Of a DNA stretch of 64,000 nucleotides, positions 39,701 to 53,450 are shown piece by piece. A model generated the notes under the pieces. The model was not told the DNA's origin and ran no database searches. It was given only the letters and a program-made list of their open reading frames with translations. Within the stretch, counting starts at the first letter, position 1; each line of letters begins with the position of its first letter. The translations under genes were made by a program, and so were the position numbers. Origin of the DNA: Octopus vulgaris (Eukaryota); NCBI GenBank assembly GCA_951406725.2, contig OX597815.1, positions 42,656,001 to 42,720,000 of the forward strand. Reading direction: 5' to 3'.

Positions 39701-42323
39701 ACGGCGACGACAACAACAACGAAACATTCAATCTATCTTTTCTTAGAAGAATCTACCTTTTCCTAGAGACAAGAATCCAGTAAAATATGTTAAAAATAAG
39801 ATTGATGTATCATATTTAATTGATACTACAGTCTTCCTCTGATATGTCGTAAGACACATTTTATAGCTATCGCTGTTCATTATGAAAGAGTGGATCTATG
39901 GACATCTTTTGTTAAACCTTTCTTAATTTGCAGTTAGGTTTTGTGAAATAAAGACAGAATTTCATTGCTTTTCGTCATCTCGCCAAAATATCAAGATGCT
40001 ATCAGAAGCGTCTGTTGCCTGAAGGACCTTAAGAGCTAAAATACTCGAAAAGTATTCAATAATACTCTCAAAAGTGATGCCATATCATAGAAGTTATAGA
40101 ATTTATAGGTTCATGTGAATAAATTATTGAGAAACAATGTAGTCCATTATTTAGCGGATATTTTTTTTTAGAAATCCAATCACACTTTGTCGTTTACGCT
40201 CGATGTATTGTATTTGCAGCACGTTATTCAAAATTATTTAATTCTTTGTAAACAAGAAAGCTGTATCTCCTTGAACGGTTTTCTAATATTCCATTTATTT
40301 TCTATTGTTCCTTTAGTGTAGTTGCCTTATTTCCTCTGTAATGGGAAGTGTATTTCTAAAACCTACCATTATCGTACGTTTAAGATGTTCGTCTTTATAT
40401 AATATCTGCTAATGATGATCAATGTTTTCTCTCTACATAAAACCTATTGTTGACGAATTGTTTTTGACTTAGTTACTGTTACTACCCAAAAGATGTCGTT
40501 AATAATCTATATAATGTAGGTTACAGGAGCTAGAAGTATCAGTACATAAGCAAATAAAAATACCTTCCGGTATTTAGTTACATTCCTTTACATAATGAGC
40601 TCAAATCACGCTGCAGTGGACTTTGTTTTCATCCATTCGGAGTCGATAAATTATGTATTATTCAATTATTTCGGGAAATTTTATTGACTAATCTTCCCTG
40701 CCATTTGACTCATTATATCGATGTTAGAAACTAGTATACAATTTCGTGCTTTCATATGTCTTTCGTAATTTCAAGGTCGTTAAAAATATCCTCCAAATAC
40801 TTGTGTGGATTTAATCAGCCGTACCTCCCCCAAAATTTACAGCCGCGAGGCTAAACTAGAAAGAATTAGTCTACGCATTCTTTTCTTCCCCTACCGAAAA
40901 CTATACAAAATTTCCCCATTAATTAATCTATTTTCTATTAAAGAAGGTAATAATTATCAATATTTGTTCACTCAAACGTTCTTGATAAGATAGTATTATA
41001 GATTGGCGAGTTGCTCTAATCTGTTTTTCTCGCTGAAAAATAACTAGCAATATATCTGACAAGCTTGATGCTTCAACGAGTAAGATTTATCTACCACCTG
41101 CTTAAATCTGAACAAATATTTCTTGGCTAATATTTATACACACATTTTTGTTTTTGTTGTTTAACCCCAGATCATCAATGGCTTTAAAGTTTCAGAGCCC
41201 ATGTCTTTCAGCCGTAACTATACAACTTCTTTCTTTCGCATAGTGAAGCCAGAACAAAATTATGAAACATGTCATCTTTCTAAGGCGATAAATTAGCATT
41301 TCAGGGTTTTTTTCGCAGTTATTTCTATGAGGCAGGCGCAAACTAGTTTGCTCATAGTTGAAAGTTATATTTATGTAGTCAATATTGAATGTTATTCTTT
41401 AAATTAATTTCTCTTACAGATTTCGACTTGATCTATATAGCTTTGTGTGCATGTGTGTGTGCGTTGCTGTTGTTGTTGCTGCTGTTGTGTGGATGTATGA
41501 ACTTGTATATATGTATTTCTTCTATACATATCTGTGGATTTGTGTTTTCTTATGTATGTATGTATCAGCTTTTGTTTGGCTCCGAGTGTGTAACTGTATG
41601 TATATATTTGTAAGTTATCGCAAATGTGTGCTTACATCTGTCTGACACCAGCGTCACAGCGATAAAACTGCATTAAAAACACATTAGGTTAGAGACATCA
41701 TAAAAACGTATTTAGAAATGCGATATATTTTATGATGGGCGTTAATATTGCAATAAACATTGTACAATTTGTCTGTCAAGCAACCACAGATGTCGCTGTG
41801 TAACACAACACCAACATTAAGAGTTTCACTACACTTTGAAAGGTTTTACTCACTATAACAATTTGAAAAAGAAAAAAGAAGCAAGTGAAGAAGAAAGTAT
41901 ACGAGAGAGATAAAGCGAAATGATATCAGTAATATTGTTTCGTTTACATAGTTTTACTGATTACCAGTGAAACCTTAAAAAATAGTTACAATGCAATTTT
42001 TGTGGATTCAGAAATAATGCTTAATTTTTTAACTTAAATATTGATAAGCTACAAAACGACGGCGGTGTTCAAATTATTCGAAAATATACTATGTGTGGAA
42101 ACATAATTTTAACAACATATTTATATAATTAAATTTTATGAAATGTGCAAAACTCCTTTTCTCTTGGTTAATTTTATGGAAGTAAATTCTCCGATATTGA
42201 ACAGCCTATTTCCTCTAAATGGTGATGCAACTTTTAAATGTTTAAATCAACAGTATACACAAAGTCATGCACACGCTCTTACACACATGTACATATATAC
42301 AACTTTAGTATAGCATAGTGTAT

Positions 42324-42355
<32 letters not shown>

Positions 42356-42589
42356 GCAATTTTAATATAATAAGAAATAAATTTATAGATTTTTGCCAAC
42401 AATCTACTTAAACAGATGCTAACGCTTGTCTTTATGTAGAATATCTTATAGGAATTTCATTGTATATGCGTAAACGATGTCTGCTTATCTATGCACACAC
42501 AGTGTTGGCTAAAGTCTATGGATAGTCCTATTGTAAAGTAGAACATTGAAAAAACACTAATACAACCTTCTGAGTGTTTTACAAAGATG

Positions 42590-43600
42590 TCGCTTACCAG
42601 TCAACCGACATTCTCAAGCAATCTAATAAAAAACAGTGCTATTGTATTTGACATTAATAAAGCATTCGGCTGTCTCTGACATGTGAAATTCTAATCAAAC
42701 TGTTCTCCTATCGGCTCATCTCTGGATCTTGTCAATTGAATCAGTGGTTATCTCTCAGATCACGGTATCCCACCCGGTCCTGCTGAAGCTGTTTTTGACC
42801 CCTACCCTAACAACTCTATTGTACCGCGAGAGCAGGATTTATTTCCCACAGTTTACCTCCTGTGACTCAACCATCTACTAGCCGTAGTCTTCTCTAGTGC
42901 CGCTCACTTTCGTGCAGATAATAACGCGTGTTATTCCACCCATGACACATTCACATTCAGCCGAGACCGTCTTACTTTAAAACAACTTCTAATGATGTCA
43001 ACCAGGCTCTTTCAATAGTATAAAAGAAAAACAATATAATCCCCCATCTAAAAATGAACAGTCAGGGTCTCTAAAGGGGCTACAAATATTATACCTTAGT
43101 TGTATTGATGTTGTTTTCCCGTAAACGTATATCTTTACCTTTGTAGAACCTGCACACAGTGACTGTTTTTCGTACGTGAAACCAAATAATATTTATGTCC
43201 CAACCAACAATTAATCCTCTACTAAACTCAGGTGATACTAGCATCTAGAAAAATTATGTGGTAAATTTTCAGAAATCCTAGACTGCACTCCAAAAATACC
43301 ACGGCTGATTATCATGAAGTCATTAACAAACTTCTGCTCCACAGATGTACTGTCTCGCCTTTCTTAGTATTTTATTTCACTACAAAGTAGCCTCTTTTTC
43401 TTAGAGCTAGCTTTTCTGTTGACAACTTCACTCAGCTCCTCTCGACTCACTCTTCATGTCTGGCACTAACCACTACATTTTGTCCATTTTCTTCTAAACA
43501 TCGGCTATCCCTCTGGAATTCACTCCCTGACCATATTTGTTTTCTTCAGCTATCAACATGCAACACTCCAAGAAGATCAGCAATGGCTATAGGCACAGCT
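42590..43600 (+). mobile_element. Decayed CR1/L2-group LINE reverse transcriptase and 3' end
   Basis: Motifs in the expected order: VFDINKAF (~42645), GIPPG (~42764), FRADNN (~42908), LWNSLPDHI (~43511). Confidence 0.75.
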
Positions 43601-44140
43601 ACCATCGGCAGCTCGAACCAATAGAAAAATGACCAACGTAAAACATAAAACTAAAATTCGTTTTATATATAATTGTAGTTACAAGAGGGCGAACTGTTTC
43701 AGTATTGATATTAGTCTCATAACAGTAAAATATTGGAATCTTTTATTAGCTTCAAGGAATATTGTTTGAGTGAAGTGGAGTTGGGTACCACTGGCCCCTT
43801 TTAGAAGTCAACAAAGATGATCGCCCTTCTGTTGATAGTTCTGAAAAGAGAAAATATAGTAATTGAAACAATCAACTGACAGAAAACCTAAGAAAGGAAT
43901 ATACATTACAGTAATTTTACAATAATGAGTTGGTAGTAAAGATAAAATGCCGGATTAATTACGTTGATACATTTCGTTCAGAGTTCACATACTGTCAGTG
44001 TTAACCGTGCTTTTTATCGATTTGTAGTCAATGAATTATAGAGCGCTAATAAATGAGGATTGTTTCATTCGAATATACAAAGAATAATTGCTTTGTATCT
44101 AAAAGAGAAACCAACATTGCATGTGTCAACAAATATTAAG

Positions 44141-44335
44141 AAGGCCACTTGATCTACAAATAGCAGCTAAAATCTCCATCTGATCACATCCGGTCTTTTT
44201 AAATAAAAAAGAGCTACATTGAACGGTGCAGTATATGATATACGAAGAAACGGCGAATGGTCGCGGCTTAAACGCCTTCGGTCGTATATATGTTCAATCA
44301 GGGCTGACCTTGTGCTAAACAACGACGATAATGAC
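44141..44335 (+). mobile_element. Short interspersed repeat with (AAC)n-like tail
   Basis: AAATAGCAGCTAAAATCTCC...CAGGGCTGACCTTGTGCTAAACAAC; related diverged copies at ~17590-17760 (+), ~39120-39302 (+), ~41150-41345 (-). Confidence 0.65.
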
Positions 44336-44579
44336 TAATATAACAGAAATTTTCAAGAAATTTCCACAAATCATACAGATTCATAACTGTGTTTCGTAGT
44401 TGTAAAATCAATGGAATTAAGCAGATAAATGATAAAATTTCTATGGACACTATTAGAACATATGAGACCTATTTTCCATATTTAATACGGCATAGTCCGA
44501 GACACGCCATATTAAAATTACTGCTCAGAAAAGAAAGCAAAATACCCTGCAAGCGATATATAATCACATGCCATTAGTT

Positions 44580-45560
44580 GGCTGCACAATGTGTAATCTA
44601 TTCGGTCACTTCCCTTCTAGTAAATGATAAATACATCTACTAAGAGAAGGAAGCAATTCAGGGGATTGAGTCGAATGGAAAATTAAATGACAAGAAGTAC
44701 AATGGCTTAGATATCAAGCTGAATGTTACTACTTAGTGTCAATAATGTTATGGTGCAATTGCCTATTGGCTAAACATTGCAAATGATAGGATTCGAAAAT
44801 ATTAAATAGATCCTGCTTTACTTTAGATATCCTGATATTTCTAATGCAAGGCAGGTTAAAACAATTAAAGAAAATCCCATAAACATATTTAAATAACTGA
44901 AAGAAATAAGGCAAAAAAGTAAAAAGAAAATATATGTAAATTTAAAGCTTTTACAAATATTTCTGTTGGTAAAATTATTGAAGAGGACGCCATTCGGAGG
45001 CTCTGTAAAATTTGCATAAAATAAGAAAATAAGAAAATTGGTATAGTCTGAAGTTAATAGCTAATTGATTGTAGGATAAGGCAGTAGCATGTAAAAACTA
45101 AATCTCCATAGTGGGTACGTAGCTCTTATGTAAACGGCTTGCACTATGAATTGAATTAAAATCAATGACGGCGAATAATTGAAATAAATTAAATATAAAT
45201 GCAAGAAGCTGTGAATATAATGTTAGAGGAAAAAGACATAATTGTGAGAAAAATATAAATAAACTTATAAACATGTAAACATTAGAATTGCGATAACAGA
45301 ACTAAATTGATTAATTTGCTGTGATTGCAGCAAACCCGATAATAGACTAATGAATAGAAAGAACGAGCTGACAACAAGGATATTTGAAAACATTTATACA
45401 ATCAACGGAAGAAATGAGAAAATTGAAATAAATTGAGTGAACTGATAAAATTAAGACAAACTACAAGATTTGATATCATGCTGTTGCGCTTGTGTGCAAC
45501 TAATTGTCTTGGGGTTCCTCATAAACTGTAAAGTATAGCAATTAGTATGACTCATTCAGT
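44580..45560 (+). mobile_element. Possible decayed L1/Tx1-like LINE 3' region
   Basis: Strong A-skew; KKYNGLDI (~44692) resembles the GGL motif. Confidence 0.25.
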
Positions 45561-47729
45561 GTTCTATTGGATATAGGTGTAATAATTTCTTGAAATTAAC
45601 TAAGTTTCTCATGCTGAAATACATAAAACCACGTCTGCTTTATTTCAAACTTCGTTGTCTTGCCATTAGTACTTGCCTGCGATGACAAAAAATGAGACTA
45701 CTGCGAAATATGTGAAAAGTGATTTAGGTACAAGGTCACGGAACTTGGCTGGTTTAGAAAATGTATTTCACGGTTAGACCTGCTCTTAGTTCGAATTAAA
45801 ACATTGGGGGTAGATAAAGCAAGCAGCAGTTATTTAACTCCAGAACAGACGCTCAATCATATCCACGTAATAGCATTAATGAGAAATAAGCTTTACAAAA
45901 CAGACACGTGTTTCAGGAAAGCAACTCATAAGATTACACAATCGTTTGAAGAAATTAAACAATCTTATCGAATTACATCACTTGTGTTTTTGGTAAAATA
46001 TACTAAGTATGGCGTTTACTTATTTGTTCAACATACAAACTAGCGTTTTGCAAATGAACTACAGCATCAATAGAGTGGCGGAACACAGAATGCCAGAGTG
46101 AAAAGTAACTGGATGGAGAAACAGAAGACAGAAACGATACGTCATTATAGCTGTAACTGCCAACATGCAGTTATTCGATACGAGGAGGGTTGTGGATGTC
46201 TTACTCGCACGCACTCACAACCGTTAACACTCGCGTGCGCACTCACAGATTACACATACACATACACGCACACACACAAACACACACACACATATATATA
46301 TATATAAACACACAATAAAGTGTAGAGAAAGACAATATATAACACCGAAACAATGTAGACTCAATGTCGAGGTAAGCAACAACAATAATGTCTACCACAA
46401 TAGTAATACCAAGCACAACGACAACAATAACGGCAATAACCATAACAATAATACCAGCTACTGTACCAACAACCGCTGTCATACATCAGAGGTGAGAGGT
46501 GTTGGTGGTCACTTCCTTTGATTTGACAGATTTATAATATCAGTTTAAATAATGTTCTCGCGGGCAAACAAAGTTGGTGTGCATAAGAATCTCCGTGTTC
46601 TATATTTAGCGACATGTAGTGTGTCGTTCACCACCACCAGATCTCTTCCGTCGTGCGCATTCACCATCAAATGCACACAGATACCTACTTATCCCTGCAC
46701 ATACAATGCCAGACCCAAACATCCACACAGGCACACACTTACACACATGTTCATCGCTGCACTTATGCGCATAGCGATACATGCACTAATCTCTAAATTC
46801 CCTCCTTACAATCAAACCGTACATCATTGAAACTTCTGAAGTGACTATTATTCTCTTACATTACCAGCGCGCGTACTCAGTGTCACATACAAGCGTATAA
46901 ATTCGTTTGTATTCACATAAATAACCATAGAATTTTCAAGTGTTTTTTTTTGCAAGTCCATTGAGTTCAGTAAGTTTATAGGCCTACTCATTGTGCAGTC
47001 GTTGGAGATGCACTTTGCATTCCGCAGAAAAGTATATTATATGTAATCCATGTTATCATTACGGGCGCTGTACATCCTTGATCACAGAATATTCGGGCTG
47101 GTGGATCCATTGTCACGCATTTCGCTGTTCCTAGTATAGTTACAATCTAGTGCTCAGTAAAAATGTTGCTGATACAAGCACAGTCAGGGTATATACATAG
47201 GTGAATAGAATGAGAAAGGGTTTCGTGCGGGCGTTGACAAAGAGGGGTGTTCATGAAGAGGATTTTACTAAACCATACTAAGTTTACGAAAACGATGAAA
47301 ATAGCGTGGCTATTATTCCTGTGTCACTTGTAATACTAACAGTGTACTATCGTACCTCCTCGCTGTTCGGGTACTTCCCAGTCTGAAAATTTTCGTAACT
47401 TCTGCTAATTCAGTGAGCTGTAAGTCCCTAATTCATTATGTCTATTCTTATAATCTCCCACCACTGTCTGGTACATAACTTGCATGGACGTCTACCTACG
47501 CGATAGTAAGGACGGTGTCATTGCATCGACCATTTCATTCTATAGCTAATCTTATTATTGTCCAGGTTATTGATATACCAGTTAGTGAAGTAGGGAAACT
47601 AAATCTCTCTACATATGCCTACTTACATGCATACTGCAAAAATCTGTAAAACTTTCCAGAAGTTTGTCATTTAAATATATATGAGCATGTCTAGATATGC
47701 AACTATATGCATGAGAATACATATATAAA

Positions 47730-47970
47730 ACATACAAATCTGCACATACATACATACATACATACATACATACATACATACATACATACATTCAAAAATA
47801 CTCTGTTGTTGATGTTGAAATTCCAAAGAAGGAGACTTGGATCTAGGTTAGAAACTGGTTCTTTCTCTATTGGCGAGAAATCTTGAAATAAACTGAATAA
47901 TGACATACAAACATGCATACATACATACATGCATACATACATAATACATACATACATACATACATGCATA
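47730..47970 (+). mobile_element. Second copy of the LINE 3' UTR with (CATA)n tail
   Basis: TTGGATCTAGGTTAGAAA...CTTGAAATAAACTGAATAATGACATAC is the reverse complement of 36011-36175. Confidence 0.75.
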
Positions 47971-48399
47971 AATATTTCATTCTCCTCTGAATGTCGGAAA
48001 CATGGAAATCGTAGGAATGATTTGTTAAGTTTTCACCTCCCAATAAAATCTATTTTAATCTACTTTTATTATTTTGTATTCTTGTGTGTACTTATGTTAT
48101 AATACATTCACCCACCACCACGCATATATTTATATATGTATAAATGTGGGTTGTGTATGCGTGCATGTGTAGTATGTAGGTGTAAGTAGGGATGGGTTGT
48201 GTGGGTGTATATGATTGTATACATAATTTTGGCTTTTTCAGAGAACTGAGTGCCTTAAGTAGAATAAATATTTAATGTAAAGTTATAGTTGTAGCAGACA
48301 GCACGAGATTATTCAGATTTTCATGTTTCTGTCCCTAGACAATTCATCTCTAGTGTTAGCTAGTATAGGACATATCATTTATTGCGTGTTTTGTCGTCT

Positions 48400-49700
48400 T
48401 TTCGAATTTCTTTTTGCCCCGTAAATGTAAGTGAGATGGTAACCAACTTTATGTCGATCTCTTGAAATGAATATTGGCCAGCAATATTGAGACTCAAATA
48501 TTTTTCGATATTGCAAGGCTGCTGCAAGGAATGTACAAGTTGCGTGGTTGTCCAAACTGCAGATTCTGCATTAGCCTTATTGAAATTATATCCTATGAGT
48601 TTTAATTAGGTCTGTTACTGTAAGAAAATCACTTCACCTGTCCCTCTAGAAATTTAATCTATGTCATTAAATATAATAGATATAATGAGGATTATAAACG
48701 AAAAATGGAAGCACTCATATTAAATAGAATGACAGTGTATCGTCAACAAGTAGGAGGTCCTAATATCAGACATATATTAGAAAGTGAGCATTTGGATGTA
48801 CGTGCAAACAACAAATTCCCAAAATGCCAAGTTTTCTGATAATGAGTCTCAATCATAGGCCAAATATAAATAAATATATTTATGAAATGTATAAACTATT
48901 ACAAATATTTGTGACAAAATAACATAAGTTACATTGAGTAACAACTTTAATCAGTTATAAGATACTTAGTTGCCAATAAACTTTTAAAAGTCGTGTGTCT
49001 AAAATATACATCCCGCAACAGCTACAAGACATATAGTTACAATTAAAGTATTTAAAAGCTAATGTGTTTAAAATAATCACCAATGATTTACTACAAATGT
49101 CCATCTTATTTTTAATGTGTGCAACAATATAAAAGGAAATACCTTCAACATTTACTATTGAAAATCAATAAATTGTGAACAGCTTGTAATTTATATAAAT
49201 ATACCTTTTAAAAAACTGCAATTGAATTTTCGCTTTATATAGGGCACATTCCAGAAGATTTTCAGTAGAGTCATTTCTTAATTTTAAAGAAGCGCAAAAA
49301 TTTAATCTTCTTCAAAATAGCATGTTCTGATTTTAATGCACTTCTTGTTACCATCGAAAAATACCTTAGGAATGAGAACCCAGGTTCGAATATTTCCCAA
49401 GACACATGATGACAACAAACAAGATGAGGACAAGTATCTGTCAAATGTAAATAATGTAAATAATATAATTTTCAATTCCACGAAAATATATGATTCATTC
49501 ATGCTGGAACAATACAATGAACATGTCACACTGCGAAAATGTAAAAGAAAAAAGACACAGAGGCAGTATAAACATAGACTTCTCACAGGCGAAAATAAAT
49601 CACTCTGTGACGATGACATAAATGTGACATCTACCATTTCAATATCTACGAATATCTAAAACATTTAAATGTGTCCAAGTATCACATGGGATTTTTCTAC
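48400..49700 (+). mobile_element. Possible decayed L1/Tx1-like LINE 3' region
   Basis: A-skew; QVGGPNIR (~48747) resembles GGLNI. Confidence 0.3.
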
Positions 49701-50408
49701 TACAGAGTCATCGATCTTCGTATGTATGATTTAATTCTGAAAATAGAATTATAGTGATCTAGAAACGATTCCGGTTTTGTTTAGCAAGCTCACTGCTCCA
49801 GACAAACTGCAGCTCATGTAAAAATATGAAAACAATTCAATATATATGTGCAAAAGAATAGCTATTTTCTATACAAACACTACACATACATGCACACTCA
49901 CAAACATACACACTTAAGTAACATTATACATAAACAAGTATTATTATACATCAACATGAAAGTATTAGCAATGAGGGAGGTGAAAGGTAGAACCGGGATG
50001 AAAGGTAGAGTAAACTAGCGAAGATGGGAAAGATAGACAAAATAGAAAAAGAGAGAGAATGAGATCGAAATATAAAAAAACCAGCAGGAAACTGAAGCAT
50101 GTACAATAGTCAACGAATTTGTGTGCATCTAATCTAGGGAACGTTGAACTGTACATAAATACATACATACTTGCACCCAAATATATATACACACATATAT
50201 TAACATGCAAGTTGTTTGATAATGCATGGTTTATTACAACACATACACACATACATACACAAATATAATATATAAGCCTACCCACGCTATCGCGCACCTT
50301 CCAGGTTGGTAACTATATATACATACAAGCATTGATAATGGCGGTTGACTCACATTATCGAGCATGATCACATTTTGCGTTCTCTTTCTTATTCTTTTCA
50401 AAGATCGT

Positions 50409-50729
50409 GCAGGCGTGGTTGTGTGGTAAGAAGCTTGATTCCTAATCACATGGTTCCGAGTTCAGTCCCACTATGTGGCATCACGGGCCGACCAAAGATT
50501 TGTGAGTGGATCTGGTAGACGGAAACTGAAAGTAGCCTTGTAGTGTTATTAATTACCTGCAGTAAAAGGGTTTAGTACCCCAACTCCCCAAAAAACATTC
50601 ATACTGACAAGAATGCTCTCTAGGGGATGATTCTCCAGATTTGTAAACAGTTCAAAAATGGGAAGATGAAATTAGTTGGTTTAAGGTTTGAACGTCCTGA
50701 ATCTGCAACACCGAGGAAACGTATATATC

Positions 50730-50764
<35 letters not shown>

Positions 50765-50972
50765 CTGCTTGTCCTCCACCACCTCTTGAAAATCGGTGTT
50801 GATGAGTTTACATCCCCTTAACTTAGTAATTCAGCAAAAGAGCCCTATAAAATTTGTACTAGGCTTAAAAAAAAATTCTGGGTTGATTCGTTCGACTAAA
50901 ACTCTTCAAGGCGGTGACCCAGCATAGCTGCAGTCAAATAACTGAAATAAGTAAAAATTAAAAGATAAAAAA
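50409..50972 (+). mobile_element. Microsatellite-containing SINE interrupted by a mariner-derived insert (50539-50720)
   Basis: SINE head and tail intact on either side; the insert matches 51701-51876. Confidence 0.85.
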
Positions 50973-51434
50973 TATATAATGCCTCCATGTCATGGGCTCT
51001 CAGGATGACGAAGACTCACAGTAGTTTGTCAAACCCACCTTCCAAATGCTGCTGACTCTTTGGTAAAGAGGCAGTTTCGGTGTTGACCGAAGAATCGTGA
51101 CTACTAAACTATTTGTTCTGTGTGCCCCCGTGAATCACAAAATTGCGATGTAGCAATATTTCATTGTCATAAATGCAAACGTAAGGTTCGGCATGTGTTT
51201 GTAACTCCCTGAAGTTGAAAATATGATTTTCGCTGGAAAAAATGCGCATTAAATATCAGCGTATAAAATTTTATTTTGACAAATGTTTATGCGACATGAA
51301 TGTGCGTTGTAAGCGTTTGACGCCGTTACACTAACAACAAGGGAAAATGGAAAAAAGAAAAACGATTACAAGATTACCTTTCAACACCCTTAGAGAGAAA
51401 CTGAAGGAGAAAGGAAGAGAGAGAGAGAGAGATT

Positions 51435-51465
<31 letters not shown>

Positions 51466-51503
51466 AAGAGAGCGAGATAGAAAGAGCGAAAGAGAAAGAT
51501 GTA

Positions 51504-52746
51504 TACGAGGGTGAGCTGAAAAGTTCATAGGTTCACTATGAAAAAATGATGTTTGAGCTGTGAAATCTTGTATGTATTAATTTCAACTCTCTTTATTGAT
51601 AACTGAAGTGTTTCTTTCCACGTAAACTGACATCTGATTGTTCAATGATTTCAAAACTAACTAGTACCGACCTTACTTGCAAATAGACAAAATTTGGTAT
51701 TGTAGTGTTATCAATTACCTGCAGTAAAAAGGTTTAGCACCCCTCAAAAAAAAAAAAAGCATTCAGGCTGACAAGATTACTCTCTAGTTCAAAAGGAGGA
51801 AGACGAATTCAGAAGCCAGAGAGTTTTGAAGTTGGTTTAAGGTCTGAACGTCCTGAATCTGCAACACCGAGGAAACCCACACGCTGATGGATGACAGGCG
51901 ATTGGCTATATATCAAATAGCCAATGCTATTAGCATATCCCGTGAAAGAGTTGCAAATATTCTGCGCAATGAACTTGGCATAACAAAAGTTTCTGATCGG
52001 TGGATGCACGCTACTTGATACTTAATCATAAGCGCACCAGGATAATTACATCACAGGAAAATATGACAATGTTTGAGGTAGATCCAGCTGGTTTCCTTGA
52101 AGTTTCTTAATCCAGGATAAGTGTTGGGTTCATTACTTTGAGCCAGGGACAATGAGACACTCCGTGCAGTGGAAACACCGTTCCTCAACTGGTCCTAATA
52201 AGGTCGTTTCATCTGCAGGGAAGTCGATGGCCCTAGTTTCTTGGGATGCAAAAGGCATTGCGCTTATTGACTATCTTCAAAAGGGTCACACCATCAACGA
52301 AGAGAATTATGCCAAATTGCTGAGGCAGTTACGATAGATTATGAAGACCAAACACCCAGGAAAACTGACGAAAGTGGACGACTTGATTCATCAGGACAAT
52401 GCTCCAGCACACAAGTCCTTGGTTTTAAAGGCTGCTGTGCGTGACCTCTGGCTTTGAACTAGTTGAGCAGCCTCCTGATTTAGCCCCATCTGACTATCAT
52501 CTGTTCCCTAACATGAATATACACATGGCTGAAAAACAGTATCGCAGTCATGATGACATCATATCTGCTGTTGACTTTTTAACCAACAAGATGAAAGCTT
52601 CTTCACCAATGGGATCCAAGCACTGCAGCACTGATGGAAGAAGTGTGTGGATCGCAATGGGAATTACGTTGAAAAATACATCTTATTTGGTTACATTCTA
52701 TGTAAGTATATTGGCCAGCCTATGAACCTTCCAGCTGACGCCCGTA
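51504..52746 (+). mobile_element. Full-length but inactivated mariner transposon (Himar1/irritans-like)
   Basis: TIRs TACGAGGGTGAGCTGAAAAGTTCATAGG / CCTATGAACCTTCCAGCTGACGCCCGTA; TA TSDs; ~1.24 kb; motifs SAGKSMALVSWDAKGIALIDYLQKGHTIN, HQDNAPAH, PDLAPSDYHLF; stops and frameshifts. Confidence 0.93.
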
Positions 52747-53043
52747 TATGCAAGAGTAGAGACTATCGTTTAGCCGCAAGCTTTCGTGAGTCCACCCAAC
52801 ATTGTAGGTGTTTTTGTTCATCCTGCAGTTTATCTAAAAAGATCACACACCCGTTTCCGCAATCAGCCTTTGTGAGTCACCGGTCTCGTGTTCGACGTTC
52901 TGGATATGCAAAGATAACGCTGGCTTACAGATCAGTAGCTCACTGGTTGTCAAGTCTCTGATCTGACAATATATTCATTTACAGACTATGCAATGAAGCG
53001 ATACACAGACACACTGAAAGTTGTACCTATACGCGCGCGAATG

Positions 53044-53084
<41 letters not shown>

Positions 53085-53240
53085 ACACGCACACTCATGC
53101 ATACAGTATATGCATAAATAAACTTGAGGTTAAAGGAAAAGTTTCAGTCGAGCATATTGTATGTGCGAGAGTCACCTGTATGTGTATTTTGCACTAAAAC
53201 ATTTACCGGAAGTTCTCGTCAGTTATTATGTCATCAATTA

Positions 53241-53450
53241 AAGCGGCGAGCTGGCAGAATTGTTTGCACTTCGGGCGAAATTCTTAGCGGCATTTCTTTG
53301 CGTTCTGAGTTCAAATTTTGCCGAGGTCGGCTATGTCTTTCATCCTTTCGGGGTTCGATAAAATAAGTAATAATTGAAAACTGGGGACGATGTAATCGAT
53401 TTACCCTCTCCCCTGAAATTGCTGACCTTGTGCCAAAATTTGAAATCAAT
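53241..53450 (+). mobile_element. Full-length Meta-like SINE
   Basis: GCGGCGAGCTGGCAGAATTG head, GAGTTCAAATT box, CTTTCATCCTTTCGGGGTTCGATAAA core. Confidence 0.88.

Noticed and set aside
46243-46482. Hydrophobic 79-aa ORF resembling a membrane peptide
   Set aside because: Antisense reading of degenerate (AAC/AAT)n and (CA)n repeats.
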